Assembly (NCBI GenBank): GCA_039096225.1
Contig: JBBPEB010000013.1
Span: 1,240,001 to 1,304,000 of the forward strand
Direction of reading: 5' to 3'
Length of the DNA stretch: 64,000 bases
Source of the DNA: Blastocystis sp. Blastoise
Taxonomy: Eukaryota > Protista > Bigyra: Opalinata
Below the pieces are notes generated by a model. That model was not told the DNA's origin and did no database searches. It saw only the letters and a program-made list of their open reading frames with translations. Each line of letters starts with the position of its first letter. Within the stretch, counting starts at the first letter, position 1. Positions 25,159 through 44,441 of this stretch are shown piece after piece. A program made the translations under genes and the position numbers.

Positions 25159-25449
25159 ATAGATTCTTACCTTTATATGCTCATTATTCTGTAAATATAC
25201 TGGTACATTCTGTTCAGTTCCTGTATATATATATATATAATATATATATAATATATATATATATATATTATATATATATATATAGCATACATTTGTAGGT
25301 ACGTCGGGTGTGACAGGAGATATAGTATATAATATACTACCCAACATTCCCTCTTGGCTCACCTTCCTTCTTACACTACTCTTCATATTCCCATGCCTTA
25401 TTCCTATATTTATGCATCCTCACCCACGTCTATTTGTCAATTGTATATA

Positions 25450-25490
<41 letters not shown>

Positions 25491-25801
25491 CTATATATCT
25501 ATATATCTATATATATATATATATATATAGCTTTAATTACTTGTTCTTTCGTTTCCTTCCTATTTGGTTGGCACGTACATGAAAAGGCGTTACTTACTAT
25601 TCTTATTCCTATTACAATCATATGTTGTGACACAGCCTCTGACGCGCGTCTTTTCATCGTTTTCTCTACTATAACAAACTTTGCATTATTCCCGTTATTA
25701 TTCAAACCTCAGGAACAGATCACTGCTCTTTTATTCACGGTTATTTACTATTATTCAGCCAGATTAACATTAGATGACTTTCATAAAAATGCTCAAAAAG
25801 C

Positions 25802-25875
<74 letters not shown>

Positions 25876-26069
25876 TATATATATATTACTATTAACATAA
25901 TTACTTAATTTCTATATATATATATTAGTATCACTATTCATTACTTATATATATATATATAGACGTATAGTACAAGAAGGAGTAAAATTATCTCTCTTTG
26001 ATTATATTATATTAAATTCGATCCTTGGTCTTTATCTATATAATACATTCATTCATCCTTTATTATTCG

Positions 26070-26132
<63 letters not shown>

Positions 26133-26340
26133 ATTCAATTATTATTAACTATATATATATATGTATAGTAATCGTTATCCTTTCATTCCGTTAATGTTAA
26201 CATCTGTACTGTGTTCTGTTGGCGTTATATACTGTTTCTTCTTATCCCTCATTTCTAGTTACAAAAAGCATGATGTTGTTCATTCCTATTTAGATACACC
26301 TGTGTCAACAGATACGTCAGAAATGGAAAGTGAGGGATAA
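23333..26340 (+). CDS. ALG8: dolichyl-P-Glc alpha-1,3-glucosyltransferase ALG8 (multi-exon)
   Basis: [69 protein letters not shown] and [11 protein letters not shown]. Confidence 0.95.
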
Positions 26341-29125
26341 AGAAATACTATTCCATCATATCATCAATTTAACTATGTATATATAATCAATATTCTATGT
26401 ATATACTTTTAATTATATATGTATTCATTGATATAATATTCATTCTTTTCATTTTTTCTTTTTCTTGGTTTTTTAATTATTTATCATATCTATACTCTAT
26501 TATATTCATATCTCATATATCTATTTTAATTTGCATAATTATGTTTATTATTATATATCTATATCTTTGTCATTTCTTCAAGTAATATGGCTATTTTATA
26601 TGTTTCGTTCTCTTGTATATGTCTTACTTAATAAATGATGAAAACATATATAGTTAACTAATTAATATCTATATATGCTATATAACTATTTAAAAGCATC
26701 TTTTAAGTATTATAATACATGCGTTCATCAACGTTCTATTAGTAATTTACGATTACTTTTATTTATATATTTATTATATATATACATTTTTTTTACATAT
26801 AAGATGACTTTTAAGTATAAGAGGTATTTTGGTGTGTCTAACACTTTTTGTCATATAGAATTCATTAAAATGAACAAGAGATCAGAATTATACCAATAGA
26901 TAAGGATACTTGTAGATAATAAAGTAATGATAATGATGAAACAGTCAAGTAGTCATTTGATGAAGTTCATGAATTCAGGCGAAACAAGTATTAACAAAAA
27001 AAGATGATTTAGAATGAGTGTATAATAACTAATAAATTCATATATATTAAAGATATAAAAATGGAAATGGAAAAGATAGTTTTTTTAATGTATATATGTA
27101 AGGAATGTATTTACTCATAATAGTTATATATCTTAGATTTAAAGAGTTCAATATTTAAAGGTATAATTATTGTAACAGTCATTCAAATGTAAATTATGTA
27201 ATAAAAACAAAATAAAAAAAATAAAATAAAAAATATGTATAACAATAACAGAAATAAATAGTTGAATTGAAGTCAAGAAAACAGAATAAAAATATGAAGA
27301 GAAATGATAACAACAAATAAATAATGAAAGAATCTTTATATAACAAAAGGAGAATATATATATATATATATAAATAATATACATATATATATATATATAA
27401 AGGAAATGAATAAAGATATGGTAAAAAAGTTCCCTAAAAACCAAATGATGAAAAGACAGAGAAATAAGATAAGGTATACATAAATATATATAAATAAATA
27501 AACAAATAAAAGGGTTAATATATAAAAAATGATTATATAAATACAAAATAATAATAAAAAAATGTAATATATATATATAGAATGTTGACTTATAAGAACC
27601 AGAATATAAAAAAAGAGAATGCCGTTTATATTTAAGAAAAGAGTATATTTTAATGAAATCTAAAACAAATTTGATAAAAATACTTTCTAAAGAAAATAAA
27701 TCAAAAAGTATATAAAAGAATTATATACTAATAAGCGATCAATAAAATGAAAAGAAAATAGATAAAAAAAAGCAACAACAAAAATTTAAAACGTATAAAT
27801 ATAAATATCAAATCTAAAATAGATTATTATATAAATTATAAAAGAATAAGTATTAATAAATACATAATGAAATGATTAAATACGAGAAAATAGCATTAAG
27901 ACAAAAAACAGAATTTAAAGAAAAAACAAGTTAAAATATAATAAATAATAACGAAAAACTATACTTTTTAAATATAAGCAGAAACGGTTTGAATAGATGT
28001 TTATTTGTAAATAATAATGAAAACATATATATATATATTATATATATACGACATGGTTCTTAAAAAAAAATATAATAATTAGTTTAAAAAGAAAAAAGTT
28101 ACACGTATATATATATATATAAGAATACGTTATAAATTATGAAAATAGATATATAAATATATATATTTAGATTAAATTAATAAGTACTAACTAAATAATC
28201 TTATAATAATATATATATTATATATATTATATATATTATATATGATAATTAGGAATTGTGAAATTATAAAAAACAATTTAGAATATTTAGAGATATATAT
28301 ATATTAATAAATACATATATATATATATATATATATACTATTAATTTATATATGAATAATCATATATTATAATAAAATAAGAATGAGAAAGAAAAGAAAT
28401 TAAAAAAGAAAACATTATAAATATAAATAAAAAACCATAAATAGATGATAAATACAATAATGTCTTAAATAGTTTTATTTATATAAAACATACCATTATA
28501 GATACACTTAAAGAATGTATATATAATAATGAAAACTTATGAATATATATATATATATAGATAATATATATATATATATAGATTTTAAAATTATTAAAAA
28601 AGGATATAAAAAATGAATATATATATATAAGTACATAAGGAATAAAGAGAAAGAGAAGGGAATAAACTATAGGTAATTAAAAAAATGAATAATACTATAT
28701 ATATAGATAAATAAAATATATTTGTATGTATATATATTATATATATATATACAAAAAATATTAATAAACAACATCTATATATATATATATAAATAGGATA
28801 AAAATAATACGTAAAAGGTTTTAAAAAAAAGGGAAATATAGATAATTAAATATATAGATATACAATTAAGCATAAAATTAATATAAAATAGAAAAAAATA
28901 TATAAAAGTATCTATATATATATAATCCTGTAACTGAGTGTTAAAGAATTATATAGATAATTAGAGTAAAATAAAAGTATATATATATATATATATCGAA
29001 TAGTAGTAAATTATGAAAATAATAAATTAAAAAACGAGTATTAAATCAATATATAAATAAATAAATAAAAATAAAATGAATATTGTCTTAAGATTATAAT
29101 AATATATATATAAGTAATAATAGTA

Positions 29126-34972
<5,847 letters not shown>

Positions 34973-37487
34973 GTAACTATCTAAAAAATTGAAAAAACAA
35001 TGTAGTTATTTTATATTTAAAACAACAAAAGAAGCTTTGAATGTTGGGTATTTTCAATCTCAAATATCAATTGTCTCGAACAAGTGATAAAAAATTTCCA
35101 TGATTATTTGTGGAAAAAGAGATACTAATCTTTCTTCTTTTTTATTATTATTTGTTATATTTAAATTAGATGATATAATTAGAAATACTAATTTTTAGAA
35201 TTTAAGTTATTTGATATGGCAAATAAAAATATAAAAATAAAAAGGTATTCTATGTGTTAAAAATGATAAATTAGTATTTTGGTGGGTTTTTGATATTCAT
35301 GATTATTTTAGAATTTTACCTTAGATAATTAGAGCTGGAAAAAGACATGGCACATATGTTTTTCATTCATAATAATTATCCAACCATTTGCTTGGATTCC
35401 ATCTGTTAAATGCCCAATATGGTTTTTGAAAAGAGGATAATTCTAACAAGTAAGATGGTTCCATTTGTTTTAAAACAATAATTATTGGATAGATCTGATT
35501 ATCTACCAATAGAATAATGAATCTATGATTGTCCAATAATTTCTGTTTCATAAAACAAATGAATGGTTCAACCGATGACTTATTCAATTCCTGATTTAAC
35601 GAAGAAATTGAAGAAGCCAATTATAAATACTGTTCTTTTCAATTGTACTTTAAGAAAAACATAATACATTACTATTATCAAAGCAATTTTTGTTTTTTTT
35701 AATAATTTCAATCAGTTTTTTATAGAGTGGTTTGATCTATAAATCAGTATTCAGCACTATTGATATATATAATGTATATAAGTGATATATTGTTTATTAT
35801 TGATTATCTAACAAATAATTAATAATTCTATCCTTATAAACTCTAATCCTTTTTGCTCTTTATGTATTTAATACTCCAAAACTTGTGTATAATGTTAAAT
35901 ATTTGTGTTGTCTTATCATAAGGTATTTTCACCTATTCTTTATTTATAGGTTTCAACACGTTAATCACTAATATAAAAGAGTAACTAGGATCTATACGAA
36001 AGATTAATTGAAATATAATATAAGATAGAGAAATTATTGAGCTTAAAAATATTCTTAAGACTAAATAAATGAATTTAACATATATTTAGGATTCCATAAT
36101 TCAAATATTATTATGAAGAACATATATAAATAAAGATCCAAAGCACTAAAAGTAATTTGATAATTGTATTGTTCCCTATTTCTTGAAATTTCATATTCGT
36201 AAAGACAATCGTCTTTAGATAGTAAATCAATTAAAAATCTATTAAATAAATAGAATGGCTCATAATATATGAAGATAAGTCTTCAAGAAAACGTAAAAAA
36301 CGAATCATCTGCTCTACTCAGGATTGGTTTGCGTTTTGTTTCCTGTTTCCGGAGTCTATAATTAGTTTTTACATTATTTATGTAAACAGATGCTGATTTT
36401 TAGACATTGTAAACTATATTTCAGTATGATGTGATCAGTATATGGACCCAATTCAGTAGTCATTTCTAAGATCCTTTAAAATATATTGCAATGTAAGGTT
36501 TTCTATTGTCATAGTCATTCTTGGGGTACTACAGTATATCAAAGTTAAATTAATTAGACTTCCAAATAGTGATTCTTTGTTGTTTATATGAATAATGCAG
36601 AATGACTAGTATATATGGATTGTTCATTTTCCATATTTTTCAATTAGTTTATTTTAGATTTTATTTATTTGTAGTTGCTACATTTGATTGCTCTTTTTAT
36701 ATTTTATGGTTTTATAGTATCTCTTTTTATAAAAAATCATTCTATCGTTACTAAATGATGTAGCTAATAAAAATTAATATATAACCTACAACAAGGAAAG
36801 TGAAATATAAGAGTTATTTAGTCCTAATTAGTCAAAATTCAATTTAGAGATGTTTTTTTTTTGCAAGAATGAAACATAGTCTTAAAAATAATTGAATCAA
36901 GTTGAGAAATCAACACAGATGTCTTCATAATCATATTGATGTTATTTTAAAAAAGATTGACATTGAAAGATCTTAATATCTTTATTTATTTGATTCATGT
37001 ATATATCGGTTTCTCCTACTAAACTCTTCACTTAATCTCAATAATTAGAAAAAATAATTATGAAAAATAGTTGAAAACAGTTAATATATTTCTTAAATGA
37101 GAGTTATACACCTAAAGCATAGTATTTCCACATGAGTGAACATTGAATAAAGAGTAATTATTGTTCAAAACCTATTTAATGAATAAGTATGTTGGTATTT
37201 ATTTTTCTTTAATATAAAATATAGTTTTAAAATATATTTAGCTCTATAAATAAATAAAAACTGAATTTAAAATAACCTAATAATACACAATTATGAGATC
37301 TGGTTTTTAATATATTATCAATAAGATATATAGCACTACATAATACTAGAATGAATAATTCTAATAATCATTCTGACATTCGTGAAATAGCTGTTGAATA
37401 TAAATCATTTTTATACAGAACATATAAACCTCTAATCAGAATGTTCTTAAGGTCAGTTAACCCTTTTTTCAACAACTTATTTGGGTC

Positions 37488-37522
37488 GTACCTTCTCAGC
37501 CTTATGGCTAAGATCAAGTGTA
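37488..37522 (+). ncRNA. U2: U2 snRNA, 5' fragment (stem I to branch-point recognition region)
   Basis: GTACCTTCTCAGCCTTATGGCTAAGATCAAGTGTA matches the conserved U2 5' end. Confidence 0.95.
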
Positions 37523-39190
37523 CTGGGTTTTTCATAAACAATAATGAAAATTTTACAAATTTTCGTGATTTTTCACAAACATTCGTTTTTTTTCATTTAG
37601 ATTCGCGAAAATTTCATTTGATTTAATAAAAATTTTACTTTATTTCACTTTATTTTTATAAATATTCGTAATTTTTCACTTTGATTAATTTTTTTTCATT
37701 TAAATTTAATAATTTTTTCATTTAAATTAGTTATTTTTATTTTGACTTTTGACCCTTTTTTTTAACATTTTAACAACTAAACAACACTTTTATAAAAAAA
37801 AAACTTAAAAAATAACTTAAAGAATGATTTCATCATTCTGACATCTTCTTAAGAAGTCCATTGAGTGTTGTTCCCACTTTTGGACGTTCTCAATAGTCAG
37901 ACTAGACGGGAAACTGTCAGTTACCATGAGCTCAAGAATGAAATATCGATAATCGAGTAATGTCATTTCATGAGCTCTGGCTTCTGACAGAATGTTTTCC
38001 TTAGACCAGTCAAAAGAAGCAATATTGCTTCTAGCTTTTGTTTTAATTGAAGAAAAGGACTCTTCAATTGGGTTCAAAAAAGGGGACCAAGGCGGAAGAA
38101 AATGAAAAGCAATACCAGAAGCGCCTAAAAAATCAAGGATTTCCTTGGTTTTATGAATGGAACAATTATCCATTATAATGCAAAACGGCTTAGCAGTTGA
38201 AATTCCACGAAGTGTCTCGCATAAACCAGTAAGAAATTCAAGAAATTGCTCGGAACCAACAGAATTGCGGAAAAATTGATGATGAACGTTTCCCCGAAGA
38301 CCACTAATAGCAAGAACCAATGAAATGTTACAACCACGTTGACCATCAACAACCATAATTGCGGGAGAACCTATCTTGCTTCGGCCAAAAATTCTTTTTT
38401 CCCATAAATTAAAGCCAGATTCGTCAACGTAGACGAAGTTAAAACTGTCTCTATTGCTAGCCAACCAGTCAGCGTATTCATGACGTTTCTCGATTGTGGT
38501 TGGAGAATTTCGATCAGCAGGAGAAATTTGAACCTTTTTCGTCGAATAGAAAAGACCATTTATGGTTCTAAAAATAGTGGAAACCGAAGGAATTTCTTGA
38601 CCAGGAAAAACCGCGATTAATTTTCCTCTAATTTGACCTAAAGTAATACAGCAGTTTTCATCAATTGAATTTATAATTTGATCTTTCATTTCTTGACTAA
38701 CAACTTTTGCTTTTCGACCCGAAGGAACTTGACGGACAACTTTTCCATTTTTAACATAACTTGAAATGATTGATCGGGCAGTACTTTCATTAACCTTCAT
38801 AGTTTGACAAAAACTTGAGAAATCGGTGGCACCGCTTGTATAAAAGTCAATAATTCGCTTTCTCGTCTCATCAGTAATGATGGAATAATGGCCTCGCTGG
38901 TTTCGGCTTAAATTGTTTTCGCTCATAGTCTATATGTTTATAAAAGTTAAAAAAAAGGGTCAAAAGTCAAAAATACTTACGTTAATTTAAATGAAAAAAT
39001 TATTAAATTTAAATGAAAAAAAATTAATCAAAGTGAAAAATTACGAATATTTATAAAAATAAAGTGAAATAAAGTAAAATTTTTATTAAATCAAATGAAA
39101 TTTTCGCGAATCTAAATGAAAAAAAAACGAATGTTTGTGAAAAATCACGAAAATTTGTAAAATTTTCATTATTGTTTATGAAAAACCCAG
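37523..39190 (-). mobile_element. IS630-Tc1-mariner DNA transposon with long TIRs, inserted in U2 snRNA (1668 bp)
   Basis: Ends CTGGGTTTTTCATAAAC../..GTTTATGAAAAACCCAG. TIRs are ~207 bp near-perfect, extending to ~245 bp (37523-37766 and 38946-39190). TA duplication at 37521-37522 and 39191-39192. Confidence 0.95.
37817..38926 (-). CDS. IS630/Tc1-like DD34E transposase (369 aa, intact)
   Basis: N-terminal HTHs; catalytic YVDESGF, IMDNCSIHK, FLPPWSPFLNPIEESFS; no introns or stops. Confidence 0.93.
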   Translation of the reverse strand: MSENNLSRNQRGHYSIITDETRKRIIDFYTSGATDFSSFCQTMKVNESTARSIISSYVKNGKVVRQVPSGRKAKVVSQEMKDQIINSIDENCCITLGQIRGKLIAVFPGQEIPSVSTIFRTINGLFYSTKKVQISPADRNSPTTIEKRHEYADWLASNRDSFNFVYVDESGFNLWEKRIFGRSKIGSPAIMVVDGQRGCNISLVLAISGLRGNVHHQFFRNSVGSEQFLEFLTGLCETLRGISTAKPFCIIMDNCSIHKTKEILDFLGASGIAFHFLPPWSPFLNPIEESFSSIKTKARSNIASFDWSKENILSEARAHEMTLLDYRYFILELMVTDSFPSSLTIENVQKWEQHSMDFLRRCQNDEIIL

Positions 39191-39345
39191 TAGTATCTGT
39201 TCTTTTCAGTGTGAAAACTGAAAATCAACCCATTGGGTTGATAATTTTCACCTCATATTTTGCCTTGGGCGGACTATGATGTAGCTTGCTATATCTTGTC
39301 AGCTGGGTGTCTTTGTCATTGCACTTTCGACTCATGACGCCCACC
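39191..39345 (+). ncRNA. U2: U2 snRNA, 3' portion (stems IIa/IIb, Sm site, III, IV)
   Basis: TAGTATCTGTTCTT; stem IIa ttcagt/actgaa; IIb atcaaccc/gggttgat; IIc complement gtgaaaa/ttttcac; Sm-like ATATTTTG; stem IV gggtgtc/gacgccc with loop ATTGCAC. Confidence 0.95.
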
Positions 39346-40479
39346 GCCTTGAACATATTAATTTAATTTATTTATTTTTTTTATATATATATATATTTTA
39401 AATCATTTTTAATTGAAGTTTTTACTCTATGTTATTCATTTGGAAGTGAAAATGAATCACTTTAATTTTTTTTTTGCATTAAAAATCGTTTCAGTGTTGT
39501 TCAATAAAAAGATTTGATAATTTGATTAAATCATTGTTATTTATTATATAATTTTTCATTATATTTAGGGATACTAGCTTGTGAGCATTAACATACTCAA
39601 TTTTTATTATAAAACCCTGTAGAAATGATTGATCAAATGATTAAACTGTTATTATTTTTATATTCTAACTTTATAATTTGGATTTAAATAGGTTAGTCAA
39701 AAGATAAATCATATTCATAAATAGTTAATATTTCTTTTACATTCATAATCATAACTTTGTCTTGTTTCTGTTGCTTAATAAATGGATTTTTATATTGTTT
39801 ATGAATTCAATAGGCTTATAGAGTATTACTGCATGTCTTATGTAATATATGGTACTTTATCAGTTAATAATGAAGTTAGGAATAAGTTATATTCATATGA
39901 AAGAGACAGTTATTATGGATTTTATATCTATTTCAATTTAATTTCATATATACTATTGCTCTCTTCTGTGAACTTTTTTTTAGAATATGGAAAATTATTA
40001 TAAATACATATAAAATATATATCTTCTATAATTATATATTCTTTTTTTCGCTTGCCATCTTTGAATAGTATATCTATTTAGTATTATTTCTTAAATAATA
40101 TATGCATATAATATAATAAAATAATTGTCGAATTATATTTGTAACAAAACAATAATATTTATGGATATATATATTAATAATAGTCACTATAACAAGAGAA
40201 AAAGTTCATAATATAAAAAAAAAGAAAAAATTATTATTAAATATCAAAATGAAAAATTGGAAAAGGGAATCATAATTAAATATAAAATATTAAAAAAAAA
40301 ATTATACATAAAAACAAAGAAATAAATGTGAAAAAGTATTATTCAAAGAATTATCATCAGATAAACTAGTTTAAGATCACTTCTGTGAATATATATATAT
40401 ATTCTCAATCATATAAAAAAAGATGGGAATTGAGATAATTTTGTTGTGAAACTCAAGAAGAAAATATCATATAAAAAGA

Positions 40480-41515
40480 CTAATTATTATCTTGGTGAAT
40501 TGATATAGTTACGTTTAAAATCATAATTTTCGCATTACTATAGTCTTCTTCTTTACTTGTATCATCATCTTCTTCACTTGTATTATCATCATCTTCTTCT
40601 AATAAATTTTCTTCTTCACTTGTATTATCATCATCATCTTCTTCACTTGTATAATTTTCTTCTTTTAGCAAATTTTCTTCTTTACTTGTATCATCATCAT
40701 CTTCTTTTAGCAAATTTTCTTCTTTACTTGTATTATTATCATCATCTTCTTCACTTGTATTATCATCATCTTCTAATAAATTTTCTTCTTTACTTGTATT
40801 ATTATCATCATCTTCTTCACTTGTATTATCATCATCTTCTAATAAATTATCTTCACTTGTATTATCATCATCATCACTGAATAAATAGTTTAATTGTCGA
40901 CTAAGTACTAATAAACGATTAAGCAGGTTACGTCTATAAAAACTCACCATATCCAAATAATCAAACAAAAAATCTTTTTTAATTCTTTCAGCGGGCTCAA
41001 AAAAACCACCAATTCTTTTTGTATTAAAACTACCACATTCACGATTTGAACACTATACATAAATAATGTAGATGACAATATATAATCATATATCTAATAT
41101 TATAATATATTTAATATAAAAAATATTTAATATTATAATATATATTCATTTTTAAGATAAATTCAATATAATATCAAAAGTTAATATTCTATATATTATA
41201 TATAGAATACCTTATAAATGTTGAAATGAAAAGGAACATAATCAGTTTCATCACAATCGTTACAACGGATTTCTGTTTTCCATTTTTGTAATTCACTACA
41301 CATAGGATTTTCAAGAATTGTATCAATTTTATTATAGAGTATTTTGGGACATAACATATATTTTTTACATATAGGACATTTTCCATCACTCTTCTATATA
41401 TATAATAATATTATGATTATATATATAATTATATATGTAATTATATTATGATTATATATAATTATATTATGATTATATATAATTATATTATGATAATATA
41501 TATAATTATATTATG

Positions 41516-41555
<40 letters not shown>

Positions 41556-43007
41556 AAAATAAAATGATCAAGGCATTCATCATGAAAACGATGACCACAA
41601 TTCATTGTAACACAAGAATTCATTGAGTAAAGCATTTCTTGTTGACAAATAGGACAATTCGCATGAGCTGCATTCTCAAGGCATTCATGTATTTCCTAAA
41701 TAGAATATAATATAAATGAAATATAAATTAAATATTATTGTATATAAAATTATTAATAACTTTAAAAAAACTTTTTTTGTATATATATATTTATTGGTAT
41801 AGTATTAAATAAATCACAATAATTATATATATTTATATATACTTCATATTCAATTGGTTGGCAGCTATCACACTTCATACAATGATAATGATCAATATTT
41901 AAACCTTCTCCAACTCTACACATTTTACAATGAGGACAATGCTATATATAATAAGAATACTAGAGTCTATAGTATATATATAGAAAATAAATAATTTAGT
42001 TATGATGAAAGAAAAGAATGAATATCTCTTTATATAATAATAATAATAATATACATATATAGATTTATTATTCACCCAAAAATGACATATATCACAATAA
42101 TAATCCCCCAATTTCTCTCCACATTTCTCACAATACTGAGAAGGTTCCTATATGTATATTATATATATATAATAAATAGAATAAATAATATATATAGAAA
42201 AACATAATATAATGAGTAAAGACTATTTACAGTAATATATAATAATATATATATACTTGAACATGAAGACAGTACATGCATGCCATATATTTAACATTAT
42301 ATATATCAAATATATGATCTTTAGCTATATCATGACATTCTGCACATGCAAACCATTCTTTACATTCAGAACAAAAGATAGAACAGCCTCTAGAACCATG
42401 TTTACAACCCAATCTATGTTCCTCTTTATCCTATAATACATAAAATAACATTAATTAATGAATCTATTTATAATTATATTTATATCTATAATCATAGAAT
42501 AATAAACTTACATTATATCGAACCATATCTTCAGTGAATTCCAGATACTCATCTGTAGAAGAGTCACTTAAATACTCATCATCATTATCTTCATCATTAT
42601 CTTCATCATCATATTCATATTCATCTTCATCATCATATTCATCACCTTCAGGAAATATTTCTTCATTTAATTCAGATTGATAAAAGAGTAAGTGCTAAAC
42701 AAAATTATTAATAAAAAAAAAATTAGATAAACAAAAAAATACTTGAATAATGGATATTTTTTCTGAATCTTCAATATCTGAAGAAGACATGATCAATTTG
42801 ATATGCTTCTTCATACAAGACTAAATAAATATATTTTTTTTAATATTTACATAAATAGTATACTGATAGAGATTCAAGTTTCTCGTCATCGCCTAATGTG
42901 TCGTCATTTTCAATTGACTTTAATTCAAGGATCGCATAAAGCTAAAACAATAATATATTGAATTATATGAATCATACATATTCTTCATGTTCGTTAATAT
43001 AACACAT
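40480..43007 (-). CDS. CHY zinc finger + RING-H2 E3 ligase (Pirh2/RCHY1-like) with acidic repeats
   Basis: GCKH..CSECKEWFACAECHD, YYCDICHFW, HCPHCKMCRVG, NCPICQQEM..CGHRFHDEC..KCPIC and IRCNDC..CGSFNT. The start is approximate. Confidence 0.88.
40540..40880 (-). repeat. coding tandem repeat (EDDDNTS[EK]EENLL-like)
   Basis: Repeated units such as ttcacttgtattatcatcatc in the last exon. Confidence 0.85.
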
Positions 43008-44109
43008 TGTACTATAATTCCTTTTATGATAATAAAATAAATATGTTTCTTTTTTAATTTCTTTTTATTATTATCTAGTATTTGAAGTTATGTTAATATG
43101 CTAGATATTTACTAGTTTCTAGACGTATAATAGCCAATCTATTATAATACACAAACTGGATTCTTTAAATATAGTAATTAAGCTCATTTACACATGAAGA
43201 TCAATTTCCAAAAGATAGTAAACTTAAATAACCCAGTAAATTTTTCTTACCTTTATCTCATAATATCAATTACAAATATTTCGTAAACCTATCTTAATCT
43301 TGATTTATTAGACAATTTTCATCTAAAGAAAGTATATAATGACAAATCATTGACAAATTAGCTAATTTCAGTTGAACTATATCTTATTTGTTTCGCTACA
43401 TTCTTCATTATTCTTCTTAGCATCATTCTATAATTACATATATCATATAAATCCTATAATGATATATTTGAAACATCAATCATTCAATCATCTCATTATT
43501 AGTCGAGAATATATAGGATAATCTTGGTATACACATCATTTTGTGATGATTCATATGAAATAAGGTCACGAATAAACTATTTATCAATTACACATGGTAT
43601 ATGATGTGTTTTAATTCTGAAGAGAATATGACAGTTTACGATTATTCATGATCAGAAATATACTACAGAATATTATTATTTGAAATGATCTTTAATGAAA
43701 ACATAGGGTTTCCTTTTAATTCATAATCACTTCTAAGCTGATTGATTTCTTATACTTCTCTTATTTTGAAGAAGAGGGAGACGAAATAAATAGGAAAATA
43801 AATTGAATAACAACCAAATCCAACTAAAAAAGTCAAGGCATCATTCTTTCTGTGTTTTAATTATGTCTTTGTATTCTTCAGCATCTTCTAATAAATAAAT
43901 CCACGGAATGTTCATTAAAAAGATCAACTACATAAGAACATCTATTTTAATTCTTTTTATACGTTTTAAATGAAAATCACGTTACTAAATAGATTATGAA
44001 TCCTATTAAAGTTAAGAACTATTTACAACATGAATTCTAAAAAATTATCTTAAATACACATCTATAACATAATATAAGAGGGTATATATAATCTTATTGA
44101 GTTCGATGT

Positions 44110-44441
44110 CAGGGTGTGCCAAAACTGCGCTTTTAGCGCAAAGTGCGCTTATTGATGCTTTTTTTGCGCTTAAACGATTATTTTACATTTTCTCTCTGAT
44201 TATTTATTTTTTTCACTTGAAAATAGTTCGGTTTTGTGTAGCACGTCAAGATAAGCTCAAAAACAATGTCTTTGAAAAAATACCGACGGTTTTTAAGAAA
44301 ATTATACTTGTTTTTTTATTTTTTTAGTGATTTTTTAATTATTTTTTGACTGATTCTTCAGTGTTTTTTTGTAAAAACTGGCTCTTTTTGCGCTTTTTTT
44401 CCCCATTTCCCGCTGAAAGAGGTCATGCCTGATGACCCCTG
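44110..44441. mobile_element. non-autonomous hAT-type element (MITE, 332 bp)
   Basis: Ends CAGGG.../...CCCTG; perfect 8-bp TSD TTCGATGT at 44102-44109 and 44442-44449; repeated subterminal TGCGCT motifs. Confidence 0.85.

Noticed and set aside
26350-29120. Hidden gene in the long AT-rich tract
   Set aside because: Extremely AT-rich with only compositional ORFs; consistent with convergent 3' UTR/intergenic DNA.
37351-37626. 91-aa ORF
   Set aside because: Runs across the U2 5' half and the TIR; spurious.
37520-39190. U2-inserted element acting as a precise spliceosomal intron (GTAC...CCCAG)
   Set aside because: GT-AG removal leaves AAGT-TAGTATC, deleting a G of the branch-recognition region. 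The excisions that restore U2 exactly have GT..CA, TA..AG or similar non-canonical ends.
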